From an uncultured Clostridia bacterium (GTDB taxonomy: Bacteria > Bacillota > Clostridia > Christensenellales > UBA1242), in assembly GCA_934747965.1 (NCBI GenBank), contig CAKVHI010000006.1:14162-78161 (forward strand): a DNA stretch of 64,000 bases, in the 5' to 3' direction. Positions 48,509 through 61,628 of the stretch are shown here, one piece after another. The notes below the pieces were generated by a model. The model was not told where the DNA came from. It saw only the letters and a program-made list of their open reading frames with translations, and made no database searches. How positions within the stretch are numbered: the stretch's first letter is position 1; each line of letters opens with the position of its first letter. Position numbers and translations under genes: made by a program.

Positions 48509-48536
48509 ATAATCAACAGGAAGTTGATTATTTTTT
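48509..48536 (+). terminator. Intrinsic terminator
   Basis: ATAATCAAC-aggaa-GTTGATTAT plus T-run. Confidence 0.8.
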
Positions 48537-48746
48537 ATATTAATCTTTTTTATGTTTTTGTAACATCGTTACAACCTTATAATATCACATATTTTTAATA
48601 AAATCAACCAATTTTTATATTTTTTTAAAAAATATTTATTTTTTTACAAAATTATTGAAAAAAGAAAAATGATATATACATTAAAAGTTTTAGAAAACTA
48701 TTAAAAATTTGTAAAAAATAATCAATATTTATGCTAAAATAAAACT

Positions 48747-49877
48747 ATGGCAAAAGAACTCAGTTTATATGTGCATATTCCGTTTTGTGAAAGTAAGTGT
48801 TATTACTGCAATTTTGTTTCAAAAAAAGCAACATTAAAAGAGAAAAGAAATTATGTTAATTTTTTGCTTAGAGAAATAGAACTAAATCAAAACAAGGATT
48901 ATATTATAAAAACTATATTTATAGGTGGTGGAACGCCAAGTTGTTTGGATGCACAATGCATAGAAAAAATTTTGTTAAAGATAAAAGAAAATTTTGTTTT
49001 GGATGAAAACTGTGAAATAACAATAGAAGCAAATCCGAATAGTTTTGACAAGAATAAGGCAACAAAATATAAACAGATTGGAATAAATCGAATAAGTTTT
49101 GGGCTTCAAAGCGCAAGCAACAAGTTGCTTAAAAAAATAAACAGAATTCACACAAAAGATGATTTTGTTAATTCTGTTAAGATTGCAAAAGAGATTGGTC
49201 TTAATAATATAAACGCAGACATTTTGGTTGGACTACCATATCAAAGATTGTTTCATGTTAAAAGCACTCTTAGACTATTAAAAAAACTTGATATTGTACA
49301 TATTTCATGTTATAGTTTGATTTTGGAAGAAAATACACCATTATATTTGATGATTAAAAACAAAAAATTTTGTTTGCCAAGTGAAGAAAAAACACTAAAA
49401 ATGTTTGATTATTGCAACAAATTTTTAACAAAAAATAATATTTATAGATACGAAGTTTCTAATTTTGCAAAAGCGGGTCAAGAGTGCAAACACAATTTGG
49501 CTTATTGGAATTTGGATGACTATCTTGGGTTAGGTCTTAATTCACATAGCAAAATAGGAGAAAGTAGGTTTGAAAATTTTTCTGATTTTGAAAGTTATTA
49601 TCAATCTTTAAGAAATAATAAAAAACCTATTAAAAGCATACAAAAATTAAGTTTATCAGAGCAAAAAGAAGAATTTATAATGCTAGGTTTAAGAAAAACA
49701 TCGGGCATAAATTTGGATGAATTTAAAGCTAAATTTAATGAAGATTTAAAAATTTGCAAAGCAAAAGAGATTGAATTTTTTGAAAAAAACTCTTTCATAA
49801 AACTCGAAAATAATTTTTTGAAAGCAACCGATTTAGGTTTTAAAGTTTTAAATCAAATTATATTAGATTTGTTGTGA
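48747..49877 (+). CDS. hemW: Radical SAM heme chaperone HemW (HemN-like)
   Basis: LYVHIPFCESKCYYCNF (CxxxCxxC), GGGTPS and the HemN_C-like C-terminus. Confidence 0.85.
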   Translation: MAKELSLYVHIPFCESKCYYCNFVSKKATLKEKRNYVNFLLREIELNQNKDYIIKTIFIGGGTPSCLDAQCIEKILLKIKENFVLDENCEITIEANPNSFDKNKATKYKQIGINRISFGLQSASNKLLKKINRIHTKDDFVNSVKIAKEIGLNNINADILVGLPYQRLFHVKSTLRLLKKLDIVHISCYSLILEENTPLYLMIKNKKFCLPSEEKTLKMFDYCNKFLTKNNIYRYEVSNFAKAGQECKHNLAYWNLDDYLGLGLNSHSKIGESRFENFSDFESYYQSLRNNKKPIKSIQKLSLSEQKEEFIMLGLRKTSGINLDEFKAKFNEDLKICKAKEIEFFEKNSFIKLENNFLKATDLGFKVLNQIILDLL

Positions 49878-49899
49878 TTAAATTTGATTTTCAATAAAA

Positions 49900-49936
49900 A
49901 AGGTAAAATTAATTTTTAAAATTTTACCTTTTTTTG
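49900..49936. terminator. Bidirectional intrinsic terminator
   Basis: AAGGTAAAAT...ATTTTACCTT (10-bp arms) flanked by an A-run and a T-run. Confidence 0.7.
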
Positions 49937-50027
49937 TAGTTTTATAAGTGTGTTTTGTATTAACTTTAAAACTTTATATATTTTTAGCACTAATTTTTTA
50001 AAATAAACTTTTTAAACTTTTTATTTT

Positions 50028-50402
50028 TTAATCTTGTTTTTCAGACTTACTATTTGTTTTTGGTGCAACTTTTGCGTTCTCTTTTTTTGCGGGTGCTTTT
50101 TTTACGGGGGCAGATGCAACTTGAACTTTTTTTGGCTTTTCTGATGAATCTGTTTTGCCAATAATTTCTGATTTTTTGGCTTCAACAACTTTTTCGTTAG
50201 AACTTTCTTTTATATTTATGTTGTTGCTTTCCAAAAATTTTTTGGCACTTTCTATTGTCCAAGATTTTGTTTGAACATTGTTTTTATTTTTCTTTTCAGA
50301 AACTAAATACCAAAGCAAAATCACACAAAAGGCACAAAAACAGACAACGGCAAGGATATAAAAAATTAAACTTGTTTTGATTAATAATGATGAAATATTC
50401 AT
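50028..50402 (-). CDS. Membrane-anchored Lys/Ala/Pro-rich protein
   Basis: ATG 50402 is preceded by GGGAG. One TM helix (LIFYILAVVCFCAFCVILLWYL) and a basic low-complexity tail. Confidence 0.55.
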   Translation of the reverse strand: MNISSLLIKTSLIFYILAVVCFCAFCVILLWYLVSEKKNKNNVQTKSWTIESAKKFLESNNINIKESSNEKVVEAKKSEIIGKTDSSEKPKKVQVASAPVKKAPAKKENAKVAPKTNSKSEKQD

Positions 50403-50494
50403 AAAGACTCCCAAATCTATTTAAGTATACCAAATGAAAATGATTTTGCCAAACAAAGTGTAATAATTTTTTAAAAAATTTAATAATTTATTGT

Positions 50495-51214
50495 ATGAAA
50501 AAAATTAATTTTAAAAAAAACTTGGAAGTTGTTGTTACCAATGCAATTTTGATAACACTGATTGTAGGAATGTTCTTTTTGGCTTTTACTGGGGGTGTAA
50601 AGTCAGCTTTTGCAAATAAAACAAATCTCGAAGCAGTTTATAGAGGTAATGCTGAAAAAAATAATGTCAGTTTGATGATTAATGTTTATTGGGGCACTGA
50701 ATTTATTGAACCTATGCTTGAAGTTTTGAAAAATGAAGAAGTTAAAACTACTTTTTTTGTGGGAGGCACTTGGGCAAATTCTAACACAGAGATATTGCAG
50801 AAAATTGTAGAGGATGGTCATGAAATTGCGAATCATGGATATTATCACAAAGACCATAAATATTTGTCTGATGAGCGTAATCAGGAAGAAATTTACATAA
50901 CACATAAATTGATAAAAGAACTTGTTAATGTTGAAATGAATTTATTTGCCCCTCCTAGCGGAAGTTATAATGCTAAAACCTTAGAAATTGCCAATAACCT
51001 TGGATATAAAACTATTATGTGGACAAAAGACACAATAGATTGGCGAGATAAGGATAGTAGTTTGGCTTTTTCAAGAGCAACAAAAAATCCAAAGAATGGC
51101 GACCTTATTTTGATGCATCCAACAGCACATACTTTGAAAGCCCTTCCTGAAATAATAAAATTTTATAAAGAAAAAGGTTTTAATTTGACCACGGTTAGTG
51201 AAACAATAGCATAG
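50495..51214 (+). CDS. Polysaccharide deacetylase (NodB fold), PdaB-like sporulation type
   Basis: N-terminal TM helix. VSLMINVYWGTEFIEPMLEVLK, TFFVGGTWA, DGHEIANHGYYH and GDLILMH are collinear with B. subtilis PdaB. Confidence 0.7.
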   Translation: MKKINFKKNLEVVVTNAILITLIVGMFFLAFTGGVKSAFANKTNLEAVYRGNAEKNNVSLMINVYWGTEFIEPMLEVLKNEEVKTTFFVGGTWANSNTEILQKIVEDGHEIANHGYYHKDHKYLSDERNQEEIYITHKLIKELVNVEMNLFAPPSGSYNAKTLEIANNLGYKTIMWTKDTIDWRDKDSSLAFSRATKNPKNGDLILMHPTAHTLKALPEIIKFYKEKGFNLTTVSETIA

Positions 51215-51421
51215 TTTCAAAATTTTTGTAAAACTTAAAAATAAATTAAAGCATAATTTGTTATGAAATTTTGATTAAATTTGATATAATATATTAACTT
51301 TTTAACTTTAAACCTTGAATGTGATATTTTGCTTTAAAAATAATTTGCAAAAAAGTTTTTTAAAGTTTAAAAATGTTTATAGAAAATAAAAATATATTTA
51401 TACTATTTTTAAGAGGAAATT

Positions 51422-52693
51422 ATGATAAAATCAAAAACTATGCCAAGTGGCCTTACAGTCGCAGTAAATTCTATGAAAGGTTTTGAAGGTGTTTCGTTCA
51501 AAATGTTTGTATTTACAGGAAGTGCTTATGAAGATGATCCAAAAGATTATGGAATTAGCCATTTAATTGAACATATGTTTTTTAAGGGAACAAACAAGCG
51601 TTCTAGTTTTGACATTGTTAAAGAATTTGATGAATTTGGAATTCAATCAAATGCTTACACAAGCACAGAAACAACTTGTTACTACACTTATGGTACGGGC
51701 GAAAGTTTGGAAAAAAGTGTTGAAATTATGAGTGATATGTTTTTCAATTCAATTTTTGATAAAAAGGAACTTGAGCGTGAGAAAGAAGTTGTTGTTGAAG
51801 AAATTAAAATGTATCAAGATAAGCCCGATTCTGTGTGTGAAATGGCAATGAATTCATTATTTTTCGAAAACACTCCTTATGCTCATGATATTGCAGGAGA
51901 TATTGATGGGGTTAGAAAAATAACTCGTGAACAAATTTTAAATTACTTAAAAAAGAGATATACTCCAGAAAATATTATTTTAAGTTTTGCTGGCAACGTT
52001 AATTTTGAAAATGTTTTGAAGTTGACAGAAAAATATTTTGAGCAATTTTTTGACCAAAAAAATTTCAAACAAGATAATAAAACAAAAAATGCTTGCAGTT
52101 TTAACATAAAAAAGAGTGCAAAAATTGTTGTTAAAGACACAAATCAGGCTCAACTTATGATTTCTTTTGTTTCTCCTAATAGGTTTGAAAGAAAACCGCT
52201 TATTGTAAATAATCTTTTAAGTTTCATGCTTGGTGGCTCTATGGGAAGCCGGCTTTTTCAAGAAGTGCGAGAAAAGTTGGGGCTTGTTTACACAATAAAT
52301 TCTTTTAATGATGTGGCACAAATTTCGGGGATGTTTTCAATAAGTTTGGGAACAAGTTTAGATAAAGTGAAACTAGCGTTAAAGACAATAAGAAGAGTTT
52401 TGAACGAGGTTTGTGAAAAAGGTTTTACGATTGAAGAATTAAATCACGCTAAAAACAGTTTAATTTCGTCAATAAAATTAAGGTCAGACAGCCCTAGTGG
52501 AGAGGCAACTACTGTTGCAACTCAATTACGCTACAGAAAGAAAATTTGTTCAAAAAAGTCAATGATAAAAGAATATGAAAAAATAACCCTTGATGATATC
52601 AATATAAGTGCAAAAAAATTGTTTACAAAACCTTATTGCATTACAATGGTTGGAAATAGTAACAATTTTGATTTGATTAAAATTTTTGATTAA
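51422..52693 (+). CDS. M16-family (pitrilysin-like) zinc peptidase
   Basis: Inverted zinc motif HLIEHMFFKGT (HxxEH) and a downstream EREKEVVVEEI. Confidence 0.8.
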   Translation: MIKSKTMPSGLTVAVNSMKGFEGVSFKMFVFTGSAYEDDPKDYGISHLIEHMFFKGTNKRSSFDIVKEFDEFGIQSNAYTSTETTCYYTYGTGESLEKSVEIMSDMFFNSIFDKKELEREKEVVVEEIKMYQDKPDSVCEMAMNSLFFENTPYAHDIAGDIDGVRKITREQILNYLKKRYTPENIILSFAGNVNFENVLKLTEKYFEQFFDQKNFKQDNKTKNACSFNIKKSAKIVVKDTNQAQLMISFVSPNRFERKPLIVNNLLSFMLGGSMGSRLFQEVREKLGLVYTINSFNDVAQISGMFSISLGTSLDKVKLALKTIRRVLNEVCEKGFTIEELNHAKNSLISSIKLRSDSPSGEATTVATQLRYRKKICSKKSMIKEYEKITLDDINISAKKLFTKPYCITMVGNSNNFDLIKIFD

Positions 52694-52697
52694 TGAA

Positions 52698-52723
52698 AAA
52701 CACAATTAAGTTTGTGTTTTTTT
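52698..52723 (+). terminator. Intrinsic terminator
   Basis: AAACACAA-ttaag-TTGTGTTT plus T-run. Confidence 0.75.
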
Positions 52724-52804
52724 GTTGAAAAAATTAGTAACTTAATTTTGTTAATTTCTTGTTGCTTTTGTTTAAATAAAAAAATTTTAAAATTTTTAAA
52801 AAAT

Positions 52805-52877
52805 TTGGCACTAATGGTTGACTTTGCTTAAAACTTAGCATATAATAGTGCTAGCAGTCTTGAAGCAAGAGTGCTAA
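52805..52877 (+). promoter_or_regulatory. hrcA operon promoter with a TTGGCACTAAT box and a CIRCE operator
   Basis: TTGGCACTAAT (52805-15), gg, TTGACT (52818-23), 17 nt, TATAAT (52841-46). The CIRCE is CTAGCAGTC-N9-GAGTGCTAA (52851-77), matching 7/9 and 9/9 of the consensus TTAGCACTC-N9-GAGTGCTAA. Confidence 0.8.
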
Positions 52878-52893
52878 AATTTAAAAGGAATTT

Positions 52894-54012
52894 ATGGAAA
52901 GAGTAAATCTAACAGAAAGACGAAAAGAAATTTTGTTTTCATCAATCGAAGATTACATTCGTTTGGCGCTTCCAATAACAAGCTTGTCTGTTCAAACAAA
53001 TCATCTTCATAATGTTAGCACGGCAACGCTCAGAAGCGAGCTTAACACGCTTGAAGCCATGGGGCTTTTAAAACAACTTCACACTTCAAGTGGAAGAGTT
53101 CCAACAAGCAAGGCGTATAGGGTTTATGTTGATGAAATTATGAAAGAAAACAAATTTAGCAAAAAAAAATTAAGCATAATTAAAGATTTGTTTTCTAAAC
53201 GCTCTAATATGTTAAGTGATATAATAGGGCAGATTGCAAAAACGGTAAGCGAAATTACAAATTGTCCTACGGTTGTAAAACTTAATGGTTTTGACAATTT
53301 AATTGTTCAAAACATAAAGTTAATTCCGCTGATTGATAATTCAATTTTATTGTTAATTTCAACTCCTACGGGTGTGATTAATAATAATATTAAATTTGAA
53401 GGTGTTGTTTCTGAGCAAAACTGTGTGGATGCTAGCAATTTTTTAACCAACAAATTTATGGGTAAAACAATTTTTTGTATGTTAAAAACAATGAAAAAGT
53501 TGGTTTCTACCCTAGATGATGAAATTAAAGAATATGAAAGTATTTTTAATGTTTTGATTGACGGATTGATTGATTTGTCGGAAAAAAATTCTAAAGAATT
53601 TTCGGTTAGAGGAGCAACAAAACTTTTGCAAAATCCAGAATATTCAAATATTGACAATGCAAAAAAGGTGCTTGATGTTTTGGAAGATGAAAAAAAACTT
53701 GACAAACTTTTTGATTGTGATTGTGCTGATGAAATTACTTTTTCGATTGGCGAAGAAAATAATAGTTTTGATTTAAACTCTTGTTCTGTAATAAAGGCTC
53801 AATACAATATTAACGGCAATGCCGTTGCGCAAATTGGTGTGATAGGTCCGGAAAGGATGGATTATGCTAAGATAGCAGGGGCATTAAAATATATTGTTGA
53901 TGAGATGAAAAATTTGAATAAACTTGAAAAGGAGGGTATTATTATGGATAAAAAATGTGATGGAAATTGCAATGGATGCAAAGGTTGCGACAATGGAAAT
54001 GATGATGAATAA
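52894..54012 (+). CDS. hrcA: Heat-inducible transcription repressor HrcA, with a C-terminal four-Cys extension
   Basis: N-terminal winged helix (LTERRKEILFSSIEDYI...GLLKQLHTSSGRVPTSKAY), ...GVIGPERMDY, and an extra tail DKKCDGNCNGCKGCDNGNDDE. Confidence 0.9.
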   Translation: MERVNLTERRKEILFSSIEDYIRLALPITSLSVQTNHLHNVSTATLRSELNTLEAMGLLKQLHTSSGRVPTSKAYRVYVDEIMKENKFSKKKLSIIKDLFSKRSNMLSDIIGQIAKTVSEITNCPTVVKLNGFDNLIVQNIKLIPLIDNSILLLISTPTGVINNNIKFEGVVSEQNCVDASNFLTNKFMGKTIFCMLKTMKKLVSTLDDEIKEYESIFNVLIDGLIDLSEKNSKEFSVRGATKLLQNPEYSNIDNAKKVLDVLEDEKKLDKLFDCDCADEITFSIGEENNSFDLNSCSVIKAQYNINGNAVAQIGVIGPERMDYAKIAGALKYIVDEMKNLNKLEKEGIIMDKKCDGNCNGCKGCDNGNDDE

Positions 54013-54177
54013 TTAAATTCTAAATTGAAACTGATAAGGAAGAGAAATTATGATTGAAGATTTTGATTTGATTTATAATTATAATCCGTGTGAAAATGAC
54101 TATTCGTTAGAATATTTTGATGACTTTATCATAAATCTAGAGGATAACAAAAAAAATGATGATTAACGAGGGAAATT

Positions 54178-54765
54178 ATGACAAAAAATTTTGACCAAAA
54201 AACTTTTAAAGAAAATTCTAAGCATGATTCTTATCATCATCATTCACAACACAAAAATTTTGAGCATAAAAACAATTTAGAAAGCAAAGAAGAAGATTGT
54301 ATTGTGGATGAAAATGATAGCGTTGAAACTGAAAAAGTTGAAAATTGCAGAGAAGAAGAATTTAAAGAAACTTTACAACGTTTGCAAGCTGAGTTTGATA
54401 ATTACAGAAAGCGAACAGATGCTAATATGATTAAGGTTAAAGAAGACGGAATTATTTTTGCAATTAACAAATTGCTTCCAGTTTTAGATAGTTTTAAAAG
54501 TGCTAAAATGCTTGTTAAAGATGAAGAATTTTTAAAAAGTTTAGACCTTATTGAAAAACAATTTTTGGACGGACTTTTGGGACTTAATGTTACCAAAATA
54601 GAGGCTGAAAATCAACAATTTAATCCTAATTTTCATAATGCGGTGATGATGGGAACAGACCCCGACAAACAAGACGATGAAATTTTGGAAGTTTTTCAAG
54701 ATGGATATAAAATGGGCGACAGAGTGATAAGACATTCGGTTGTTAAAATAAACAAATTGTCTTAG
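54178..54765 (+). CDS. grpE: Nucleotide exchange factor GrpE
   Basis: LQRLQAEFDNYRKR, LLPVLDSF and a C-terminal GYKMGDRVIRHSVVKI. Confidence 0.93.
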   Translation: MTKNFDQKTFKENSKHDSYHHHSQHKNFEHKNNLESKEEDCIVDENDSVETEKVENCREEEFKETLQRLQAEFDNYRKRTDANMIKVKEDGIIFAINKLLPVLDSFKSAKMLVKDEEFLKSLDLIEKQFLDGLLGLNVTKIEAENQQFNPNFHNAVMMGTDPDKQDDEILEVFQDGYKMGDRVIRHSVVKINKLS

Positions 54766-54900
54766 ACTTATGCTTTAGTTATGCAAAAATTTGCATAAAA
54801 AATTTAAAATGATTAACAAAATTGAATTATTATTCGATTTTATTAATAAATATTCAAATTTAATAGATTTGAAACAAAATGAAGGAGATTTTATTTAATT

Positions 54901-56751
54901 ATGGGAAAAGTTATTGGTATTGACTTAGGAACAACAAACAGTTGCGTTGCAGTTATGGAAGGTGGAAAGCCAACAGTAATTGCAAATGCAGAGGGCGATA
55001 GAACAACCCCTAGTGTTGTTGGTTTTACAAAAGATGGAGAAAGACTTGTTGGTCAAGTTGCAAAACGACAAGCTGTTGCCAACAGTGAAAACACTGTTCT
55101 TTCTATTAAAAGAGAAATGGGAACAAATTATACAGTTAAACTTCAAGGAAAAGACTATACACCTCAAGAAATTTCTGCTATGATTCTTCAAAAATTAAAA
55201 CAAGATGCAGAAAGTTATTTGGGAAGCAAAGTTACAGATGCAGTTATCACTGTTCCTGCTTACTTTACTGATAGTCAGCGTCAAGCAACAAAGGATGCAG
55301 GCAAAATTGCTGGTTTAAATGTTTTAAGAATTATTAACGAACCAACTGCTGCAGCACTTGCATACGGGCTTGATAAAGGCGAAAATGCAAACCAAAAAAT
55401 TTTGGTTTATGACCTTGGTGGTGGCACATTCGATGTTTCTATTTTGGAAATTGGCGATGGTGTGTTTGAAGTTTTGGCAACCGCTGGTAATAATAGGCTT
55501 GGTGGTGATGATTTTGATAACAGAATTATTGACCTTTTGGTTGAAGATTTCAAATCTAAAAACAATATTGATTTAAGAAATGACAAAATGGCTATGCAAA
55601 GACTTAAAGAAGCTGCTGAAAAAGCAAAAATTGATTTAAGTGCTTCAACTAAAACTAATATCAATTTGCCTTATATCACTGCTGACAGCACAGGTCCAAA
55701 ACATCTTGAATATGATTTGTCAAGAGCTAAATTTGACCAAATAACTGAAGATTTGGTTAAATCTACAATCACAAAAATGACTCAAGCCTTAGATGATGCA
55801 AAACTAAGCAAAAATGATATTAATAAAGTTATTCTTGTTGGTGGCTCAACTCGTATTCCTGCAGTTGTTGAAACTGTAAAAGAATTTATGGGCAAAGAAC
55901 CTTTCAAAGGTATTAACCCTGACGAATGTGTTGCTATTGGTGCCGCAATTCAAGGTGGCGTTTTGGCTGGCGAAGTTAAAGATGTTTTGCTTTTGGATGT
56001 AACTCCATTAAGTTTGGGTATTGAAACATTAGGCGGAGTGTTCACAAAATTAATTGAAAGAAACACAACTATTCCTACAAAGAAAAGTCAAATTTTCTCT
56101 ACTGCTGTTGACAATCAACCAGGTGTTGATATTCATGTTCTTCAAGGTGAAAGAGAATTTGCTTCTGGAAACAAAACTTTAGGAAGATTTAGTTTAACAG
56201 ATATTCCACCTGCACCTCGTGGTGTTCCTCAAATTGAAGTTACTTTTGATATTGATGCAAATGGTATCGTTAAAGTTTCTGCAAAAGATTTGGGAACTAA
56301 CAAAGAACAAAACATAACTATTACTGCTTCTACAAATCTAAAAGAAGAAGATATTGACAAAGCGATTAAAGAAGCAGAACAATTTGCTGAGGAAGATAAA
56401 AAACGCAGAGAACTTGTTGATACAAAAAATAACGCTGACAACTTTGTATTCCAAATTGAAAAAATGCTTAAAGAAAACGGCGATAAAATTAGTGAAGAAG
56501 ATAAAACAAAATTAAATGCTGAAATTGAAGAAAGCAAAAAAGTTTTTGCTGGTGAAAATATTGATGAAATCAAAGCAGAACTTGAAAAATTAACTCAAAT
56601 TTCAAATGAAGTTTTCTCTAAACTTTACCAAAATGCTGGTGCTAACGCTGGTGCTGGTCAAAATGCTGGAAACAACCAAGGCGAAAATCAAACAGGTAAC
56701 AATGCTGGCGATAACATTGATGTTAAAGACGGCGATTATAAAACTGAATAG
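54901..56751 (+). CDS. dnaK: Chaperone DnaK (Hsp70)
   Basis: [17 protein letters not shown] and [10 protein letters not shown]. Confidence 0.98.
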   Translation: MGKVIGIDLGTTNSCVAVMEGGKPTVIANAEGDRTTPSVVGFTKDGERLVGQVAKRQAVANSENTVLSIKREMGTNYTVKLQGKDYTPQEISAMILQKLKQDAESYLGSKVTDAVITVPAYFTDSQRQATKDAGKIAGLNVLRIINEPTAAALAYGLDKGENANQKILVYDLGGGTFDVSILEIGDGVFEVLATAGNNRLGGDDFDNRIIDLLVEDFKSKNNIDLRNDKMAMQRLKEAAEKAKIDLSASTKTNINLPYITADSTGPKHLEYDLSRAKFDQITEDLVKSTITKMTQALDDAKLSKNDINKVILVGGSTRIPAVVETVKEFMGKEPFKGINPDECVAIGAAIQGGVLAGEVKDVLLLDVTPLSLGIETLGGVFTKLIERNTTIPTKKSQIFSTAVDNQPGVDIHVLQGEREFASGNKTLGRFSLTDIPPAPRGVPQIEVTFDIDANGIVKVSAKDLGTNKEQNITITASTNLKEEDIDKAIKEAEQFAEEDKKRRELVDTKNNADNFVFQIEKMLKENGDKISEEDKTKLNAEIEESKKVFAGENIDEIKAELEKLTQISNEVFSKLYQNAGANAGAGQNAGNNQGENQTGNNAGDNIDVKDGDYKTE

Positions 56752-56759
56752 GATTTATT

Positions 56760-57869
56760 ATGGCAAAAAATTATTATGAAACCTTAGGTGTTGATAAAAA
56801 CGCTAGCAGTGATGAAATAAAATCGGCTTACAGAAAATTAGCAAAACAATATCATCCCGACCTTAATAAAAGCGAGGACGCAGCTACAAAATTTAAGGAA
56901 ATTAACGAAGCCTACGAATGTCTTTCTGACCCTCAAAAAAAGGCTAATTATGACCAATTTGGCTCAAGTGAGGGTCCTCAAGGCTTCGGCTCTAATGCTG
57001 GTGGAGGCTTTTCTGGATTTGGCGGTTTTGAAGACATTTTTAATATGTTTTCTGGATTTGGTGGTAATGGCGCAAGGGCTAGTAGCAAAACTCAAGGTGA
57101 AGATATAAATGTAAGAATTAACATTTCGTTCAAGGAAGCGTGCCTTGGTGGGTCAAAATCAATTTCTATTAGCAGAATAGAATCGTGTGATGACTGCAAA
57201 GGGACTGGAGCAAAAAACGGAAAAGAATTTACTACTTGTTCATCTTGTGGCGGAACGGGTCAAGTTAAAAAAGTGCAAAATACATTGTTTGGTCAAATGG
57301 TTAATGTTACAACTTGTTCACAGTGCGGAGGAACTGGAAAAATTATCAAGGAAAAATGTTCTTCTTGCGGAGGAAAAGGTTATAACAAGCGAGCAAGGAC
57401 TATGACCATAAATATTCCGGCTGGGGTTAATGATGGTCAAATTTTAACTTTAAGAAACGAGGGAAACTCTAGCCTAAATGGTGGACCTAATGGAAATTTG
57501 AATATTATCTTAACCGTTGGCACACATGAATTGCTAACAAGGAAAGATTGTAATCTTTACATTACAATTCCTATACCTTTTACGGTTGCAATGCTTGGCG
57601 GAGAAGTTAAAGTGCCTACTGTGAATGAAATTGTTGCTTTAAAAATACCAGAACTTACACAATCTGGCACAGTCTTTAAACTTAAAGGTAAAGGCGTTAA
57701 AATGTTAAGACGAGATTCTTATGGAGATTTGTTTGTTACAATTACAACGGAATTTCCAAAATCACTAGACAAAAAGACTAAAGATAGTTTGCAAGAAATT
57801 GCTTCAAATGTTAGTGATGGAAGTTATCAGAAATATCGTGATTATGTTTTGAAACTAAATAAACTTTAA
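56760..57869 (+). CDS. dnaJ: Co-chaperone DnaJ
   Basis: J domain with HPD (KQYHPDLNK), a G/F region, and four CxxCxGxG repeats ([32 protein letters not shown]). Confidence 0.97.
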   Translation: MAKNYYETLGVDKNASSDEIKSAYRKLAKQYHPDLNKSEDAATKFKEINEAYECLSDPQKKANYDQFGSSEGPQGFGSNAGGGFSGFGGFEDIFNMFSGFGGNGARASSKTQGEDINVRINISFKEACLGGSKSISISRIESCDDCKGTGAKNGKEFTTCSSCGGTGQVKKVQNTLFGQMVNVTTCSQCGGTGKIIKEKCSSCGGKGYNKRARTMTINIPAGVNDGQILTLRNEGNSSLNGGPNGNLNIILTVGTHELLTRKDCNLYITIPIPFTVAMLGGEVKVPTVNEIVALKIPELTQSGTVFKLKGKGVKMLRRDSYGDLFVTITTEFPKSLDKKTKDSLQEIASNVSDGSYQKYRDYVLKLNKL

Positions 57870-57871
57870 AA

Positions 57872-57894
57872 AAGACCCATGAGGGTCTTTTTTG
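57872..57894 (+). terminator. Intrinsic terminator of the dnaK operon
   Basis: AAGACCC-atga-GGGTCTT plus T-run. Confidence 0.85.
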
Positions 57895-57957
57895 TAAAAT
57901 TTAATATTTTAGTTTACAAAAGTCGTTTAATTTTGTATAATATTAAAGAGGTAGAAT

Positions 57958-58212
57958 ATGGATATGTTTTTTCTTGTTCCAATAATTTTTGTTTCGGTAT
58001 TTTTTGTTGTGTTTATTATAATTGCCGTTTTTGTGTTTAAAAACGCAAAAAGTAATATAAAAACTGCACAAAAAACTTTTCAAAATATGCAAAATTTGAA
58101 TGAAAAAGAAACAAAAAAAGACAAATCAAAAATTTGCGATTATTGTGGAAGTGCGATTGATAATACTGGGAAGTGTGAAAGTTGTGGGGCAACCAAAAAG
58201 ATAGAAAAATAA
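57958..58212 (+). CDS. Small membrane protein with a C-terminal zinc ribbon
   Basis: One TM helix (FFLVPIIFVSVFFVVFIIIAVFVF) and CDYCGSAIDNTGKCESCG. Preceded by TTTACA-17-TATAAT and SD AGAGG. Confidence 0.6.
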   Translation: MDMFFLVPIIFVSVFFVVFIIIAVFVFKNAKSNIKTAQKTFQNMQNLNEKETKKDKSKICDYCGSAIDNTGKCESCGATKKIEK

Positions 58213-58287
58213 TAGTTAATGCTATTATTTTTTTCTTTTTATGTTAAAAATATTGCTAATAACATCAAAAATGATTATAATTTTTCT

Positions 58288-59036
58288 ATGGCTAGGAAAT
58301 TTTTTATTGAAAGTGAAAAAAGTTTTGAATTAGGTCAGCAATTTAATGTTGATGGTTATGAATTCAATCATATAGTAAATGTCTTAAGATACAACATCGG
58401 CGATGAAATTTGTGTTATAAACGGCTCGGGAACAGATTATTTTTGCAAAATTAAAGAAATTTGCAAAAAATATATTGTTTTAAAAGTTGTTGATATGAAA
58501 GATAATAACAGTGAAACTATTTCAAATGTTACGATGTTTCAAGCACTTGTGAAAGGAGAAAAATTTGAATTTATTATTCAAAAATTAACAGAACTTGGAG
58601 TTAAAAATTTTGTTCCATTTGAAAGTGAATTTTGCCAAGTGAAAAAAAATACTACGAAGTTGGCAAGGCTTGAAAAAATTAGTATTGAGGCTTTGAAACA
58701 ATGTGGAAGAAGCAAAAAAGTTGAAATAAGTGATATTTTGAGTTTTGATGAAATGATTGAAAAACTTAAAAATTTTGATAAAGTTATTTTTGCTTATGAA
58801 AAATCTAATGAAGAATTAAAAAAAGAGGATTTTTTTAATTGTGAAGGAAAACTTGTCAGTAATGTTGCAATCATTGTTGGAAGTGAAGGTGGCTTTAGTG
58901 AAAGAGAAAACGAGAAAATTTCTAAGTTAAATAATGTTAAGCAAGTGTCGTTAGGGAACAGAATTTTGAGGGCGGAAACTGCAAGTATAAGTTTGACTAG
59001 TGTTGTTATGTTTTTGCTTAATGAGTGGGTGAAGAG

Positions 59037-59040
<4 letters not shown>
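58288..59040 (+). CDS. rsmE: 16S rRNA (uracil1498-N3)-methyltransferase RsmE
   Basis: MARKFFIE..., HIVNVLRYNIGDEI, and C-terminal GSEGGFSERE...LGNRILRAETA. ATG 58288 chosen over the track's 58219. Confidence 0.85.
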
Positions 59041-61360
<2,320 letters not shown>

Positions 61361-61575
61361 CTTTTTAAACTAAAAAAAGTTACAAAAAATTATACTAACT
61401 TTTTTAACTAAAAAGTTACAAAAAGCTTGGTGGTTGCGATTCCACCAACCCTACAAACGCTTTAAAAGCAAAACTTTTTTAAATTGCTGTAACATAATGA
61501 ATATTCTTAAAATAAATTTGGTCACTTTTTGCCACAAAGCAATGTTTTAACATTAATTTTATGCAGGTATAAAAA

Positions 61576-61603
61576 ATCTCAACTTAATTGTTGAGATTTT
61601 TTT
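61576..61603. terminator. Bidirectional intrinsic terminator
   Basis: ATCTCAAC-ttaatt-GTTGAGAT flanked by A6 and T7. Confidence 0.8.
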
Positions 61604-61628
61604 ATGTGATGTAAATATCATTCAATTT

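Noticed and set aside
52805-52830. A sigma-54 promoter reading of TTGGCAC in the heat-shock box
   Set aside because: Sigma-54 promoters need TGGCAC-N5-TTGC. Neither the hrcA copy (TGGCACTAATGGTTGA) nor the groES copy (TGGCACTAATTCTTTA) has TTGC at the required spacing, and both have good sigma-A -35/-10 pairs.
52834-52856. A second CIRCE overlapping the hrcA -10 (TTAGCA-tataatag-TGCTAG)
   Set aside because: Only 5-6 nt per arm are present and the spacing is 8 nt rather than 9. It may contribute to HrcA binding, but it is not a separate operator I can defend.
54049-54123. 24-codon sORF (MIEDFDLIYNYNPCENDYSLEYFD) with an AAGGAAGAG upstream in the hrcA-grpE spacer
   Set aside because: It is too short to judge from sequence alone and ends at an in-frame TGA with no recognisable motif. 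It could be real, but I cannot support it without conservation or ribosome-profiling data.
61427-61455. Possible tRNA gene (T-arm-like GGTGG-TTGCGATT-CCACC followed by an acceptor-like AACCCTA)
   Set aside because: No complementary 5' acceptor strand (TAGGGTT), D-arm or anticodon arm is present upstream, and the T-loop is one nucleotide too long. At most it is a 3' fragment, so I report it only as a low-interest finding.
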